A stretch of 49,429 nt of DNA from Trichinella spiralis (GCF_000181795.1 NW_003526944.1:2869504-2918932), one strand, 5' to 3'. Positions 1 to 13,304 are shown, numbered from the stretch's first letter. A program made the numbers and translations. Notes: a model not told the origin generated them from the letters alone.

Positions 1-3000
1 TTCGGCCGTCTGGCCCAAGTGGCACCGGAGCCGCAATTTATTGCCGAAATGGTCCAAGTTAGCTATGACAAGTATGTTGTACAGTTGTCGAGCGTGACTT
101 TGTTTATTTGTTTATTCTGCAATAGGTTGAAGCTTTGTCGTGACGCGAACACTCGCACCGGCCATTCGTTGGCGTTGGGCTGCTTGCATCGTTACGTCGG
201 AGGCTTGGCCAGTGGTCATCAGTTGGACGTCAGCGTCAGCGTGCTTTTGGCGCTGGCTCAGGATACCAGCTCCCAGCTTGTTCAAGTGATGATGTTTTAC
301 TTTTGTTCGCTTGTTTATTGGTATATTTTGCTTTTTTTGCACGTTCATTCTTCAGGTTTGGGCGTTGTATTCGTTGCGTTTGATTGCCGATTCCGGCGGT
401 CCGATGTATCGCAGTTTTGTAGAGCCGACGTTGAATGTTTGTCTGAATCTTTTGCTATCGTCGAGTTCGTTCACGGCCAACGACGTTGGTCAGTGCGTCA
501 GTCGACTGGTTGCCGCTTTGATCACCACCGTCGGTCCAGAGCTGCAAAGTGAAAAGAATTTTGTTTGTTTGTTTGTTTGTTTGTTTGTTTTGCATATTAT
601 TATGTTTCAGATAATGTTGGCAGTGTTGTGAGAATAAGGTCAAATTTTTTGGTAATCAGTGCAATAATGAGTGCTCATCCGGATCCATTTGTCCAAGCGC
701 AGTCCATCGGCTGCTATCAGCAGCTTTATCTGTTCGCTCCTCTGCATGTCGATCTTTCTCTTTTGGTTCGTCGACTTTGCGTAAGAAAGTGCAGAAAAGC
801 TGAATTTATTTGCCACATTTCAACGGCAGTATATTATTTTGTAGTCACTTTTTACAAGTTGTCATTTAATATTGCGTCGTGCGGCTTTTTGTTGTCTGAG
901 ACAGCTGGTGCAGCGTGAAGCTCGTCAAGTTCACCAGCATGTGCAGGCTTTAATTCCCGAAGGGCTGAACGCAGCCAAAGTACGTATAAAAGGCAGTGCT
1001 TCAGCAACGGATATTGCATCTTATTTGTCTGCACCATCTATTCAGGATAGTGTGTTGCCGGAGACTGGTATCGAGGGTGCTTTGTTTGCTGCTTTGGATG
1101 ACGAAGATGATCCGTCGGCGGTTTCGGATTTGAAAGAGATTTTGTTGAATTTGGTCCAATCGTTGGGCAGTGAAAATTTGGCCCACTGGCTCGAACTGTG
1201 CAAGGATGTGGTCGCGTCGGCCGACTGTAATCAGTCCAAAGAGGTTCCAGTTGCACAGGACGAGCAGCAAGAAGATGATGCGTGGCATGTAGCCGAGTCC
1301 AGCCGTGAGCAGGAGCGCAGTTCCCGTTGGCCGAGCAGAGTTTTTGCCGTTCAGTTGGTGCAGAAGTTGATCACCGCCTGCGAAGGCGAACGAGCCCATT
1401 TCGACTTGGCTCTTGCCAAAGAGCTTCAAATGAACGGTCGAAAAAGTGAATCTTATTATTATTATTATTGTTGGTGTTGTTGTTGTATGTTAATATGTCG
1501 GTGCAATTTTAGGTGACTATCTTGTATTGCATCTTTCTGATTTGGTACGCATGAGTTTCATGGCTGCGACTTCGAATTGCACTGAACTCAGGCTGGCAGG
1601 ACTTTCTTGTTTAAAGGTGAAAATGGTTGAGCTTTGGTTTTATATATTTTTAAATTACAAAAAAACCATTTCAGAATGTTATATCGAAATTTGCCGACGT
1701 GCCCGAGCCAGAATTTTCCGGCCATTTCATTTTGGAGCAATTCCAAGCGCAGGTAATGATTTTCATAGAAGAACTAAAACATATGTATATATGTGTATGT
1801 CGGCATTGGTTTTTCAGGTGAGCGCAGCTTTACGGCCTGCGTTTAGCATCGACACTCCGGGCAATATTACTGCACTTGCGTGTGAAGTATAGAATTATTT
1901 TTTTTCTATTTATTACTGGTATTCGATAAGTTTTGTTCTTGTCAGGTTTGCAGCTCTTGGATTAGCAGCGGCGTTGCGAAAGATGTGAACAATTTGCGAC
2001 GCGTCCATCAGCTACTTGTGGCGCCGTTGTCGAAATTGAAAACTGAATCTATCAGTGTACACTTGTACAATGAAAGTTGCACCGCTTTGGAGAAATTATC
2101 CGTGCTGAAAGCTTGGGCTGAAGTAAGTTTTTTGTTGACTAGAACAATTTCATTTCACCGGATGAAATTTTATTATTCAGGTATACATTGTGGCGATGAA
2201 TCAAGAATTGGGTAGAACCGATCGCGGTGCTTCTCTGTGTTCAACCGGTCAGCCGGACGTTTGCTATTCGGATGTTCTGCTGCAGTTGGTCGAACCGGAA
2301 CTGAACATGCTGGTCGAATATTGGCTAGCAGTTCTGAGAGATTATGCGTTGTTGTCCTTGCCGGCCGAGTTCCACTCCCAGCTTCCAGCCGAAGGTATCT
2401 GTTTCACGTTGGAAACCGCAGATCTGGTCAGACCGTATTACAAGTCGGTTTGGGCGACCGTGCTGTTGGCCGCTTCGATATGGCTGAGCGGCAACAACTT
2501 TGAACTCTCCACTGTTGAGCCAGCCGACGAAGGCACACGTCTCAACGTTCTCAAAGATTATACCAAAACCGAATGGTTCCACATATTGCTCGGTACTGTT
2601 GAAGCATCAGTATTGTCCATCGTGAAAAGTATCCATCCAATCTGTTCAATGTATCAATTTTCCATTTTTCAGGAATCTCGATCGAAGCACTTTGCAGCCC
2701 GAAAAATTTCGACCCACTGCACATCCGATTCTGCTTGGCCAGCATCAAGGTGATGCTCGCCAACGAATGGGCTCAGCTTCAACTGCTTGCCGGTGCGAAA
2801 TTGGCGGTCGATCTGTTGAACGTGATGCACAGGTGGGGATAATGGGAAAATTTGCATTTTCACTCAGTTTCCAAAAAGGTGTTATTGTTGTTTTCCATTT
2901 TCATTTTCAGACTTGTACTTACCAGAGAGAATGTCCAATTGCAATCTTTGTGTGCCGACATTGTCGTTTTGGTGCTGGATGCGGCCGGCAGGTGTTGCGA

Positions 3001-4871
3001 TTCGATGCAGAGCGGTGCGAAAAGTGATTTTTTGCCAAGTGAGAGCCAATTTCTTCTGTTTGTTCCCCCACCCCCCCCCACCCCCATGTTCGACGACACT
3101 GATGGAAAATTTCTTCAGCTGAAAGCGGCGGCAAGCTTTACTGCGGCATGGAAGGCGGTGACGACGGCCTGTTCCACGTGAATAATTCGATTGTTTACGC
3201 CGCTCTTGAAGTTATTCTTTGTTTGCTTGTTCGTCAGGTAAAATTGCTTGGTTGATCGATCGATTGATTTGATTGGTTAATTTTGTGATTTTCAGGTACC
3301 TGAAATCAATCCCGTCATCGTTCGCAGTAAGACATTTCTGGCGCAGCGGCGGAGCGCTACAGTCACACTTTCCAACGAATCGCGGCAGCTCTTGACCACG
3401 GCCGTGAGATGCTTGGTCAAATTGTCGTCGATGTGCTCTGATGAAGGTATGCAAGCAGAGGATGTGTATATTTTTTCAGTTTCAACGGAACGTTTTGTCG
3501 TTCTCTTGTCAGGCAGGCTAACTTTATTGCCAATCCAATTGTACTTGCTGACCAATACAGTACGTGAGACGTCGAATTTGCACAACGAACCGTTGGTTCA
3601 CGGTGGTGGTCCGGGATCGTCGACCGGCGGCGACTTTTGCCCCAAGCAGCCAGCTGCCGCCGCGTTGCAATCAATTCGTTGCTTGTTGAAAAAGCCAGTA
3701 CTGCTTCAAGATGGGGCAACATCAGAACCGGACCCGAGGTGGGTGCGCATCATGCAATGCGCTCTCTGGTCTCTTTTGCTCACCGACAAAGGTAAGCATG
3801 GAAGAGCGAAAAAAATATACATATGTATAATGTTGTTGTTTGTTTTCGGCTTATCTAATTGATCGCTTTTCCTTTTTGCATAGAAGAAAGCACGGAAAAT
3901 GATCGAAGCACGTTAATTTTATCCGTAGCAATATTTATGCTAAATTCACCGAAGCCGGTGTTGAATCATTGCCAAATCCGCGATCGGATTTGTGGTCTTT
4001 TACGCAGCTGTCTTGCCGAAGATTGCAATTTCAATGTGAAAAGATTTATTCATATTTTTAATAATTTATTAATAATATAATTGTTGTTGTTGATTGTTTG
4101 CCACAGGTTCAGGTGACCTGCTTGCAGACGTTGGCGTCGACTTTCGCCTGCAAGGACAGGTCGGTTTCGAGTGAATTTATCCAAGCGTTGGCGCCGACCG
4201 TGGTCGACAAGGTCCGAAGCTATTTGGTGTCGGATAATTGCGGCGAGGCGGTCACTCTGCCGGGCGGATTTCAAGACGCTTGCAGTTCTCGTGTGCTGGT
4301 GGAATCGTTGAAAGCGTTGGAAAATTTAATCCACGCCGCTCAAGAAACTCAACAAAGTCAGTTTGTGTCAATTGATTAATTCATTAATTAATTATTCAAT
4401 TATCCATGTTTGTACACGTACAAAAAAACAGGGTTACCGTTGTTGGCGTTGGTGGTGCATTTTTTGTTGGCACTGACGGCGGTCGAAGATAATGTCAGAG
4501 GGTCGAAAGTGCGTCGACAATTGTACGACTTTGCCATGGAGCGGATGAACTCGATCGGTTCGCTTTACACTACAGAATTCAAAGCTCTGCTTGGTCAGCT
4601 TCCGAGCCTGAAAGCACGGGTGGAAAAAGCGCTCAGGTCCGCTTACTCCACTACAGCGGCCCCTACTGCTGCTGCTGCTGAGCAACGGTTTTCGTTGAAT
4701 TTTAAAAATAAACAACAACAGCAACCCTTGGATCAACAATCTGCATCACCAAGCGATCTGCTGAACCAACAGCAGTCATCAGCCACCGCTGCCAACAAGC
4801 AAACCCAAGCTGACCAGCCATCGATCACGCTGACCATGGATTTCAGCGGTTTTGTCAAAAGCGCATCTTGA
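1..4871 (+). CDS. HEATR5B: HEAT repeat-containing protein 5B (HEATR5B/Laa1/SOAP-1), multi-exon, 5' part outside window
   Basis: Spliced translation gives HEATR5 hallmark segments: [105 protein letters not shown]. The C-terminus is [16 protein letters not shown] with TGA at 4869-4871. Many short GT-AG introns. Confidence 0.93.
560..590. repeat. (TTTG)n microsatellite in a HEATR5B intron
   Basis: About 7 tandem TTTG units read directly from the sequence. Confidence 0.9.
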
Positions 4872-5359
4872 GTGCGTGTGTCTTTTTTTTCTGTTTTAAT
4901 TTATTTAAATTTTAAACACGATTTTCATTATCTTTTTAAAATTTTCTTCTCCTTCCACACCATTGTGGTGGTGGACAGGGAACAAGTATTAATTTTTCTT
5001 TTCTTTTCAAAATTTTCCATGCTCAACAATAGCTACAAGCTAGCTGGTCCATATTACTATTTTACAGAGTTTTTTTTTAATTTTAATTTTAATTTTAATA
5101 AAAGGAAACTTTTTTTACATAAATTTTTTCTATTAAAAAGGGGAAACGTTTTCATTGTAATAAATTTCTGATTATGATTGAAAAGAAAAAGATGAATGTG
5201 GAGTAGTAAGTAGGTGTTTTACTCGGAAAACAGTGTGATGTGATGTTCTATACTGTATAATAATATGATGAGATGAATTAATTGATTCTGATTGATCTAC
5301 TTTGATAAATAAATTGTAAATGAGTAAGTGTTCGGCAAGATGAATTTCTGCCGTGCTTG

Positions 5360-8300
5360 TCAAGTGAGTTGCAAGTGGCAGAGGGGATCCATTTTCAAAA
5401 CTCGGATCACCAAGTACTGTTTGAAAGTGTCCCAGCCGTCGTTGGAACACTGGCCGGCCAGGACCCGGCGCAAGCAGGGCAAGGCGCTGTTGAATGTCGG
5501 GCAGATGAGGCCGATATCCCGGCGGACGATGGTCGGCAACTCTTTGGGCAAGCAGGCGCCGAACTCCGACCCTCTGGCGACGGTCTGGATGCAGGAGAAG
5601 TGTTTGAAAAATTCGTCCCTCGTCGTCCAACTGCACGGGTAGGACAGAAGCGAGATCAGCTCGTCGAAAACGTAATACTTGCGGAAGCAGTTGCGCCGGA
5701 CCGAGATGCGGGTCCGGCGGTTCGCCTCCTTCAAATCCTCGCACACCTTTTCCAAGTAGGCTTTGTCGAACGAAAATACCGACGGGTAAATGTCGGACAA
5801 TTTCAGCCGTTTGCCAACTTCCAAATAGAGTTGTTTGAAATTTTCGTCAATTTCGCGTTTGTTCTCTTGAGTGCAGATATTTTTCGCGTAAAATTCCAAA
5901 TCTGAACATGCAAAACAACAATCAATGCATACCGCTAACGACACTGATCACTTGTAATTTGTGATTGATGATGAATCGATGAACGTGACACGCGTCCGAT
6001 TTTCAACAACTGGAATAGTACAATTTTGAAATCTATCAGATCGATGAAAGCAGAAGTTGCATTTTTTTTAGCTGGTGAAAACTATTTTACCCGCCCCCCC
6101 CACACACACTTTTCTCGTCTCCACTACTGCCGATTCACGTCAGTTTTTTTCGTTGATAATCTGATAAAATACCGTACTCTGACCTTACTGTAGATGAGCA
6201 ATGATTAATTGAGTGAAATTTGAATTTGTTGAACTTCGCTCGACCGAATTGACGGAAAATGAACAACTAATTGACAAAGCACAATCAGAGCATCAAACAA
6301 CAACGAACGACAAGATCGGTGTTTTTCCACGCCGACCACCAGCAAGTGTTGACGAACAAGCAATAACAACGCACGAATTTTTTAAATTTACATCTTGGCT
6401 AACTTATAAATATCGTTCTATATTCTTCTTACATACATTTTCACTCCTAAATTGTTCATTTATATTAATAATATTTTTCAAAAAATATAACAAAAAAAAT
6501 TCAAAAAATTGAACAATATACATGAATTTTCTTTTTACTGTAAAGGAGAAAAACTTGCTCTTGTTGAATTACTAATTTGTTTTTTTTCTGTTTGAACAAA
6601 AGCAACAATTCAGTGTTGAAATTTTCATACTTTTCCCACATTTATCACCTACTGCATGGTTCGAATTGGTGAACCAAGTGTCTAGTTGCCTTGAAAAAGG
6701 TAAGTTCTTTGTTGCATGTTGTCAATGGAATAAATAGTATGAAATAGAGCAGATGAAAAGTTTCCAGCTACTTTTATTTCAATTTTTTTACTCTCGTGGT
6801 CGTTGTTGTTTGTATATTGCTAATTAATTCTGCTTGACAAAGTGACAACTTGTTGGAAATCAATCACTTTTGCCTTATCAATGAATAGGTTATGAAAATC
6901 TGGTGTGCAAACGGTTTCTTCAAGCTATCGTTGTTTTTGAATTTATAAAAAAATGTCTATTAATTGATATTTTCTGGCAATTTTTGTAATGAAACAGTCA
7001 GTTGGACGTGTTATTTGTTCTTTTTAAGATGAATCATTACGGTAGTTATTAATTGTTGATTGAACTGATGAAATTTGAATGAAAATACCGTAGCAGGCAC
7101 GGTACACACTTGATTGGGGTGTGGTGAAGAGAAATAAAATTAGTCAAACTTACTGTTTCGTATTGGCAAGTCGACTGTGGTACTTTGCAATAGGAAAGGT
7201 TTTGTCGTCCATGTTTCGGTCACGGTCGTCGGTGTGGTGACTTGGCCAGTGGTCAGTAGTCGAGTGACAAATTTCGGTGTCTCGCTGATTTCGGCGGCAG
7301 TGGGCGTGGGTGTGGCAGTTGTGGTCGTCGTCGTGGTGGTGGTGGTTGTGGGCGTGGTTGTTTCACTGGGTACAGAAGCCTCGTCGGCGAGGGTTGTGGT
7401 CTTTGTCGTTTTGGTGTTCATTCGCTCCCTTTCCGCGGCTTTGTTCACCGCTTCCATGTCGTTCTCGCATGCGCACCGCTGACAGCCGTCCTGGCCGGTG
7501 ACGATGATGCACTTCGGTGCCGGGTGTGGACATTTGACCGTTTCGCAACGTTTGATCGGCTTGCAGTAACAATTGCTCGGGCATTTTCCATACCAAGTTA
7601 TTACACATTCGTCCGGGCAGTGAAATGGTTCACCACATTCTGGATTTTCTGAAATTGAATTCTTTTATCTTATATGCATATACGACATATTCCATTAGCT
7701 GATAAGACCGATTCAATATGGGGCAACACGTATTAATTTCTTCAAATTGGTCCATTTAAACAAGCAATTGTGTAATTTTATTCGACTCTAGAATGAGCAA
7801 TTTTGGCAATATATCTGGTGTCCTATTGAAAAAAGCAATGATTTTTTCTATTACTATTTGGTTGCACTTTTCTTCTGATAATGAGACTTTTCACAAACCG
7901 GTTGGACAGTGGTGGACAAAAATTTTTTATACTCGGTGTTCCTTTTCCTGTAAGCTATTATTCTACTTTTTTTCAAGAGGGATATAATGCATACAATATA
8001 TAGCCTATTGAAAATGAAACAATAATTTAACAGAGAAAAAATTCAACTATGTATAATCTTTTCAATCTGCAATATTTATGTATTTTATTTTATTTCAAAA
8101 AAAGTAGATAATATTTTTGAAAATTATTATTATTACTATTATCAGTTTATGTTTATTTCAAAAATAAAGGTGGAGTCTTGTTCACAGTTTTATTTCTTCA
8201 CTCATCATCGTCAGTGTCCTAAAATTGTTCGCTCTAATTCAAAGCGAAACGGTGCAAATGCCAATTAAACTGATCTACTGTTACTGATAAAATGCATTTG

Positions 8301-8919
8301 ATTAATACTTGTGATACTTCACCTTTTGATGATAAGCTTCGACTGTTCATTTATTTATTCGTTTAACATTGCACGCAATTATTCTAGTTCTCATCAAATT
8401 CACTTATTCCATTTTCAATGGATGTAATTATTATTTGAAGAAAAATAAAAGAAAGAAAGAAAGAATTCATAATTTTCAATTAATATTTGACCAAATGTCA
8501 CAAAGTTGAATTACATTTTTTTCCTCTCTCATCAGTTAGTATTAGTGATTTCAATTTCCATTGCTGTGCTTATTTATTATTATTTTTTTTGTACAGTTTT
8601 TACTGTTTAAAATGGAATTTTCAACATTAAAAATGAAAAAAATTGATTATTCAAAACTGATCATTTGCATTTTCAGATATAGAATTCTGTTCTGAATTGT
8701 TGTCGATAGCCTGCTGTTTGTGTCAGTTGATTCTATGAATTATTCATTATTGGAATAAAATCAAAAAAACAGAACACCATAATAAAATATGCAAAAATGG
8801 AAATACATACCGTGGACGAACGAACTGCTCTGGTGAACAGCAGCCATTAGAAGCATGAGCAGCATCGTGGTCGGGATTGGTTGGGATGTTTTGAATAAGC
8901 ATCGTCTTATGAGATTCAT
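5360..8919 (-). CDS. Secreted protein: signal peptide + antistasin-like Cys-rich module + Thr-rich mucin stalk + Cys-rich CPG4/DUF19-like domain (exons 8919-8811, 7648-7154, 5901-5360)
   Basis: Three exons join with matching phase-1 GT-AG junctions. Product: MNLIRR..MLLMLLMAAVHQSSSFVH / ENPECGEPFHCPDECVITWYGKCPSNCYCKPIKRCETVKCPHPAPKCIIVTGQDGCQRCAC / poly-Thr / ..NICTQ..KVCEDL..YPC..FSCI..GACL..ICPTFNSALPCLRRVLAGQC..PLC. Domain names are assigned by Cys spacing only. Confidence 0.75.
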
Positions 8920-9954
8920 CTCTACTGTCCGGTATGTGTATGTGTGTGTGTGTGTCCTGTGTGAGAGTTTGCCGTTGAAATGAGCACCAATTGCTTGTCT
9001 ATTCGGTGATGGAAAATTTGCCGCCAATCTGCGTCACGAGCACAGCAAAAGCCAGAATGATCGAGACACGATCATTCATTCTGATTGGTCGAACTTGATG
9101 ATCTGGGCTACTAATTCTCTTCTCTTCTCTTCTCTCTCCGTCTGTGTCTCTTCTCTATGCTTTCACTTTCTCTCCTGAAGATGGCGTTCCACGAACTTTT
9201 TTTGCTTTCACATTCACACAACTGCGCTTCCAAAAGAAGAAAAAAAATATGCAAAATTAATGATAAGTAAGTATTATTTTTGTTTTTTTTATTCATTTCA
9301 TAAATTGCAATACTGTTGATTTTGTCCAGTTTTTTTTCCACTCAAAATTTTCACCTTGACGATTAGGTACTTTTATAATGGGTTGACTGTTTTGTTTTTC
9401 TCTTTTAATTTTTGAAATCAAAGATCAAGAAAAAAAACAGTGGATCAATTCGAATTATCTCCAACTAATTGATACATAATTAATTTGCACTGCAGGTTTT
9501 TGTTGCGAACAACTTTTCAAATATTTTCCAAATGAAAAGGTGCGACTAAATCTTTCATGCAAATTTCCATGGACTTTTTATTATTTATTCAAGAAACCGG
9601 TTTCATTCTGGGAGATTTGTTTCAATTTTCTCCACTGACAGGTCATTTTTATTTTCTTTCGTCTGACGGTAGACTTTTTCCTGCAATTCAGGATGGTTTA
9701 TTTGAAAATTGAAAAAATATGCAAATAATTTATTTACTGTAGCTTTTCTGAAAGATCAAGTGAGATATTTTTTTAAAATTATTATTGAAAATTTCCGCGT
9801 AACTGTTTGTAAATGTTGGCAATTAGACAAAGTGTGTCGTTGTCTTTAAAATTTTATTTTACATTTCAATTATTTCAACACTTGAAACGTTTCTATCACG
9901 GCACTATTTGAAAACACTTTTCACCAGTAGAAAAAATAATTAATTTGTTCAATT

Positions 9955-10494
9955 TTACAATTTCATTTGGTTGCTTTGTCGAAGTTTCGTCACTGTCGGC
10001 CACAATATGCCGACCGTTCCACCGACATAATTGAACGGAAACAGGCAACGATTGTTCCCATTGATGACGCAACATTTCAATATCCACGGACATTCCATGT
10101 CGTTGTCGCACGACGGACCCGCCGGTTCCCCACCGCCGGCAACTGCAGCCGGGCAAAGTCCAGCTTTGCTGTGCTTACAGCACAGACCGTAAAAGCAATA
10201 ATAACCATACGGACAACGAACGGTGTAACAATTTTTCAAAGGCTTCTCTCCGTCTGGGCAAACCCCTGAAAAAAAACAATTCTCCAATTATTTATTGTAT
10301 TTTGTCATTTTTTTGCAGTCATTCAGTGCAATTTTTTTACTATCAACAACAGCAGCTTGCTTGGAATAATTTTCATTCAAATTCACGTCACTGTGCTCCA
10401 CTTGAACTGGCAAACAGACTCTACTTTCTACACGCGTACAGCATTTGTGCTTTTCTGGACAATCGCCATCACTGGTGCAAGATGACAAAGCAAC

Positions 10495-10526
<32 letters not shown>

Positions 10527-10620
10527 ACTTATTGTTTGCTGATTGGACAGAAATACTACCAGGCAAGTGAATTAAAAAAATCCACAAAGCAAAGCAATAT
10601 TTTTTGTTCATAATCAACAT
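9955..10620 (-). CDS. Secreted WAP (four-disulfide core)-like protein with a central WR1/CC-like module (exons 10620-10341, 10265-9955)
   Basis: Signal peptide MLIMNKKYCFALWIFLIHLPGSIS, poly-Thr, CTSDGDCPEKHKCC..C, CPDGEKPLKNCYTVRCPYGYYCFYGLCC, and KAGLCP..CDNDMECPWILKCC..C. A 75-nt GT-AG intron restores the frame. Confidence 0.8.
10496..10524. repeat. (TAG)n coding microsatellite giving poly-Thr in the WAP-like protein
   Basis: Tandem AGT units; ACT codons on the minus strand. Confidence 0.9.
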
Positions 10621-11137
10621 TGGATTGTTTTTTTTTGAAATTTTAAACAATTTAAAAAAAAGAAATGTCCTTCTTCTCTTCGAAAGCAACTGACGCGCAA
10701 TATATTCACTTTGTGGAACAACAGTCGTCGTCAACAAACACTGTTGTTCATCGTCTTTCGACGGTTGTACTGCTGCTGCAAGATCTGAGTGAGATAAACA
10801 ATCGCTTTTCACTGCACAAACAAGCAATATTTACCTTGTAATCAGTCGAACAGGGGATCATCACTTTGAAAATTAAGTATTTCTCAGGCCAGTCGCCTGC
10901 CTATTCCTTTCTATTCAGCAGGTAAAAATTCAAATCACACTTCATTGGCAAAATTGTATTCTGCATAACATAACGTGCCAGTTTGAATTTTTAAATTTTA
11001 TTATTTATCTACATGCATAAATGAGAAAGACTAATACATGTAAATTTCCGAACATTACTAATACATGCGTAAATATATAAATAAAGTATATACATATATA
11101 TATATATATATTTGAAATAATAAACATGCTTATAAAT

Positions 11138-12827
11138 TCAAGACAAGTTATTATTATGCACTTGCTGGCGTCCACACTGCAGCCAAGGTCTAGTGAGCCT
11201 AAATAAATAAATAAATAATTTATGAAAAATAAGCAATCATTAAATAAAAGCTACCTTTTGCTTTTGGTCGAAAATCGTATTCGTTTCCACTTCTAAAATA
11301 AAAAACAGATATTTTCAAAAAAAATACCTTCTTTCAATAGCATACCCTTTTGCGTATTGGAGTTCCTTTGTAATCAAACTCTTTCTTTCCTATATAATTC
11401 AGCAAATTAAAGAAAGCAAGAAAATTTTACTCAACAAACCTTTTAAAGTAGTAACGCCATTCTTTACATATTGCTGCAGATCAGAGATTCTACTTTTAAC
11501 CGCACGTTCTCCTTTAAAAATCAGCGTGTGCTTTTAATAAAAATTATTTACTGAAAAAAAATATTTACTCAATAAATTCTTCACTAAATTAGCAAAATCT
11601 TCAGCTGCTAAAAATTGGCAAAACGATTTAAGCGACTCTTTAAGTTCCCTGAATAGAAAACAATTTGTTATCAGTTGACGGCAAAACGACGAAATCAAAG
11701 ATCACTTTTCTTCTTTCATTCTCCTAATATCATAAGGAGAATATTTCCAAGGATATGTATTTCCAGCTATTTTCTGATCCTTGAAAAACTGCGCCACCAA
11801 ATCATAATCTCTCGAGATGCTTTTAGCTCTGCAACGCTCTCTCAGTTGCGCAATGTACATATTTATGGCACACAGTATCACTTCTGAAAATTAGATGGAA
11901 CCATTTCTAAATTGAGCAGAAGACCGGGTCAATCAAATTACCTTTGTCCAATTCAGAGCAATCGGGAACAAATATTAAGTTTGCTATAATAGACTCCGCT
12001 TCATTCAAATATTCCTATAATGCAATTTAATGAAAATATTTCTTAAAACGACCAAGCAGTTACTTTCTCATAGTCATCACGATCGGGCATGTAGGCAAGT
12101 AAACGCAATTCATTTGGATTGATTTTACTCACTGATTCTTTCACTTCTGCAGATAAACTCTCATCTTGAAGCACTGGCTTTAATACTTTTGACAAAATTA
12201 TTTAAAAGAAAAAGCATTTACCGATTTCTGTGTTGCTGGTGTGATCAATGAGCTTAGGATACTGTACGTTACCTAAAATTTCCAGTCCAAGGCGACCATT
12301 CAAATAGCACTTTTCATAGTGTAACTGAATTTCTTCTGGTGACCGAGAAGGATTCACAGCTTTTTGCACTTCTTCCCAGTCTCCGAGATTGTAACGTTCA
12401 ATCATATCTAACATTCGAAACTCTTCACGACTTGTCCACGCTTCCGTTTGTGCACCGAATTCATTTGGAAAAGCGCATGGTCCCCCAATATTCTATAGTA
12501 AACAAGTAAAATCGCCATTAAGTTGCGTTTGAGAGAGAAAAATATTTTAAGACATTTTGAATCAAAAAATCATAAACAAAAACTGCATGTATGCGTAATA
12601 AATTCATTTTTCGAAAATGATATAACTATACTAGTTGGAAAGAAATGAACTGAACTTACATGAACTCGATAACCATGGACTCGTTTGTGTTGACCCAGCT
12701 CAGCGCCACAGCAGAAGCATAAACCACACAACACCAAATCAGTGCATTCAGTGCATTCAAAAGAAACAGTCATGATAGGTTCAGTGCAGTTACAGCAAAG
12801 CAAATGATTAGCAGCGGCGTTATTCAT
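11138..12827 (-). CDS. TADA2B: Transcriptional adapter 2 (ADA2/TADA2B-like), multi-exon
   Basis: ZZ zinc finger CCNC..ECTECTDLVLCGLCFCCGAELGQHKRVHGY, SANT domain WTSREEFRMLDMIERYNLGDWEEV, LAYMPDRDDYEKEYLNEAESII, and ERAVKSRISDLQQYVKNGVTTL. The final small exons and stop position are less certain. Confidence 0.85.
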
Positions 12828-13206
12828 TTTCTTCCAAATTTTAATAAACTTCTCCAAAAACAAAAATTATATGTCTATATAATATTTACAAAACATCATC
12901 AAAGCATATGTAAAATACAACATATTAAGAGCCCTTTCTTTACGATGAAAAACAGCTTTACATACATACTGTGTACATAAATACAGTATCACTGATAATT
13001 ATGTCATATAGCAGCAAAACGGAAAAATAATAATCGATGTATCACTGCATTTCATCAGTTGTACAAAAACGTATTAAAAGTGTCGGAAATTCAAAATGCT
13101 TGATTAAAAATAGTATCATCTCACTAATTATTATTGTGTATTAAATAACATTTATTCGCACTTTTATGAATTACAGAAATTAACAAGTACGCTTTAAAAC
13201 ACTTAC

Positions 13207-13304
13207 ATTATTATATTACGATACGAAGCTCAAAATAGGGATGGCGTAAAATCTATTTCTATCACCACTCCATGACGCGTTTACATCAGGTCATACAACA
13301 GTCG
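13207..13304 (-). other. Probable non-coding 5' exon of ADA2 carrying tiny uORFs
   Basis: Minus strand has acceptor cctacttttcttttAG at 13306-13305 and donor GTAAGT at 13206. The exon contains ATG-ACC-TGA, ATG-TAA and ATG-GAG-TGG-TGA. Confidence 0.45.

Noticed and set aside
5172..5905. Overlapping ORFs 5172-5744(-), 5328-5642(+), 5357-5905(+)
   Set aside because: Alternative-frame and antisense shadows of the GC-rich Cys-domain exon 5901-5360.
6213..6512. 99-aa plus-strand ORF in an intron of the mucin-like gene
   Set aside because: GTG start, no recognisable motif or consistent splice sites, and an AT-rich low-complexity tail.
7177..7501. Poly-Val/Trp hydrophobic ORFs on the plus strand
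   Set aside because: Antisense of the poly-Thr mucin exon.
11745..11760. ATATCCTT on the minus strand resembling a U12-type AT-AC donor
   Set aside because: Lies inside the open ADA2 coding exon; no U12 branch point or AC acceptor identified.
13240..13300. ATGA..AAA..TGAT arrangement resembling a SECIS, or an snRNA with a Sm-like site
   Set aside because: Stem too short and poorly paired; flanking splice sites explain it better as an ADA2 leader exon; no in-frame TGA in TMEM208.
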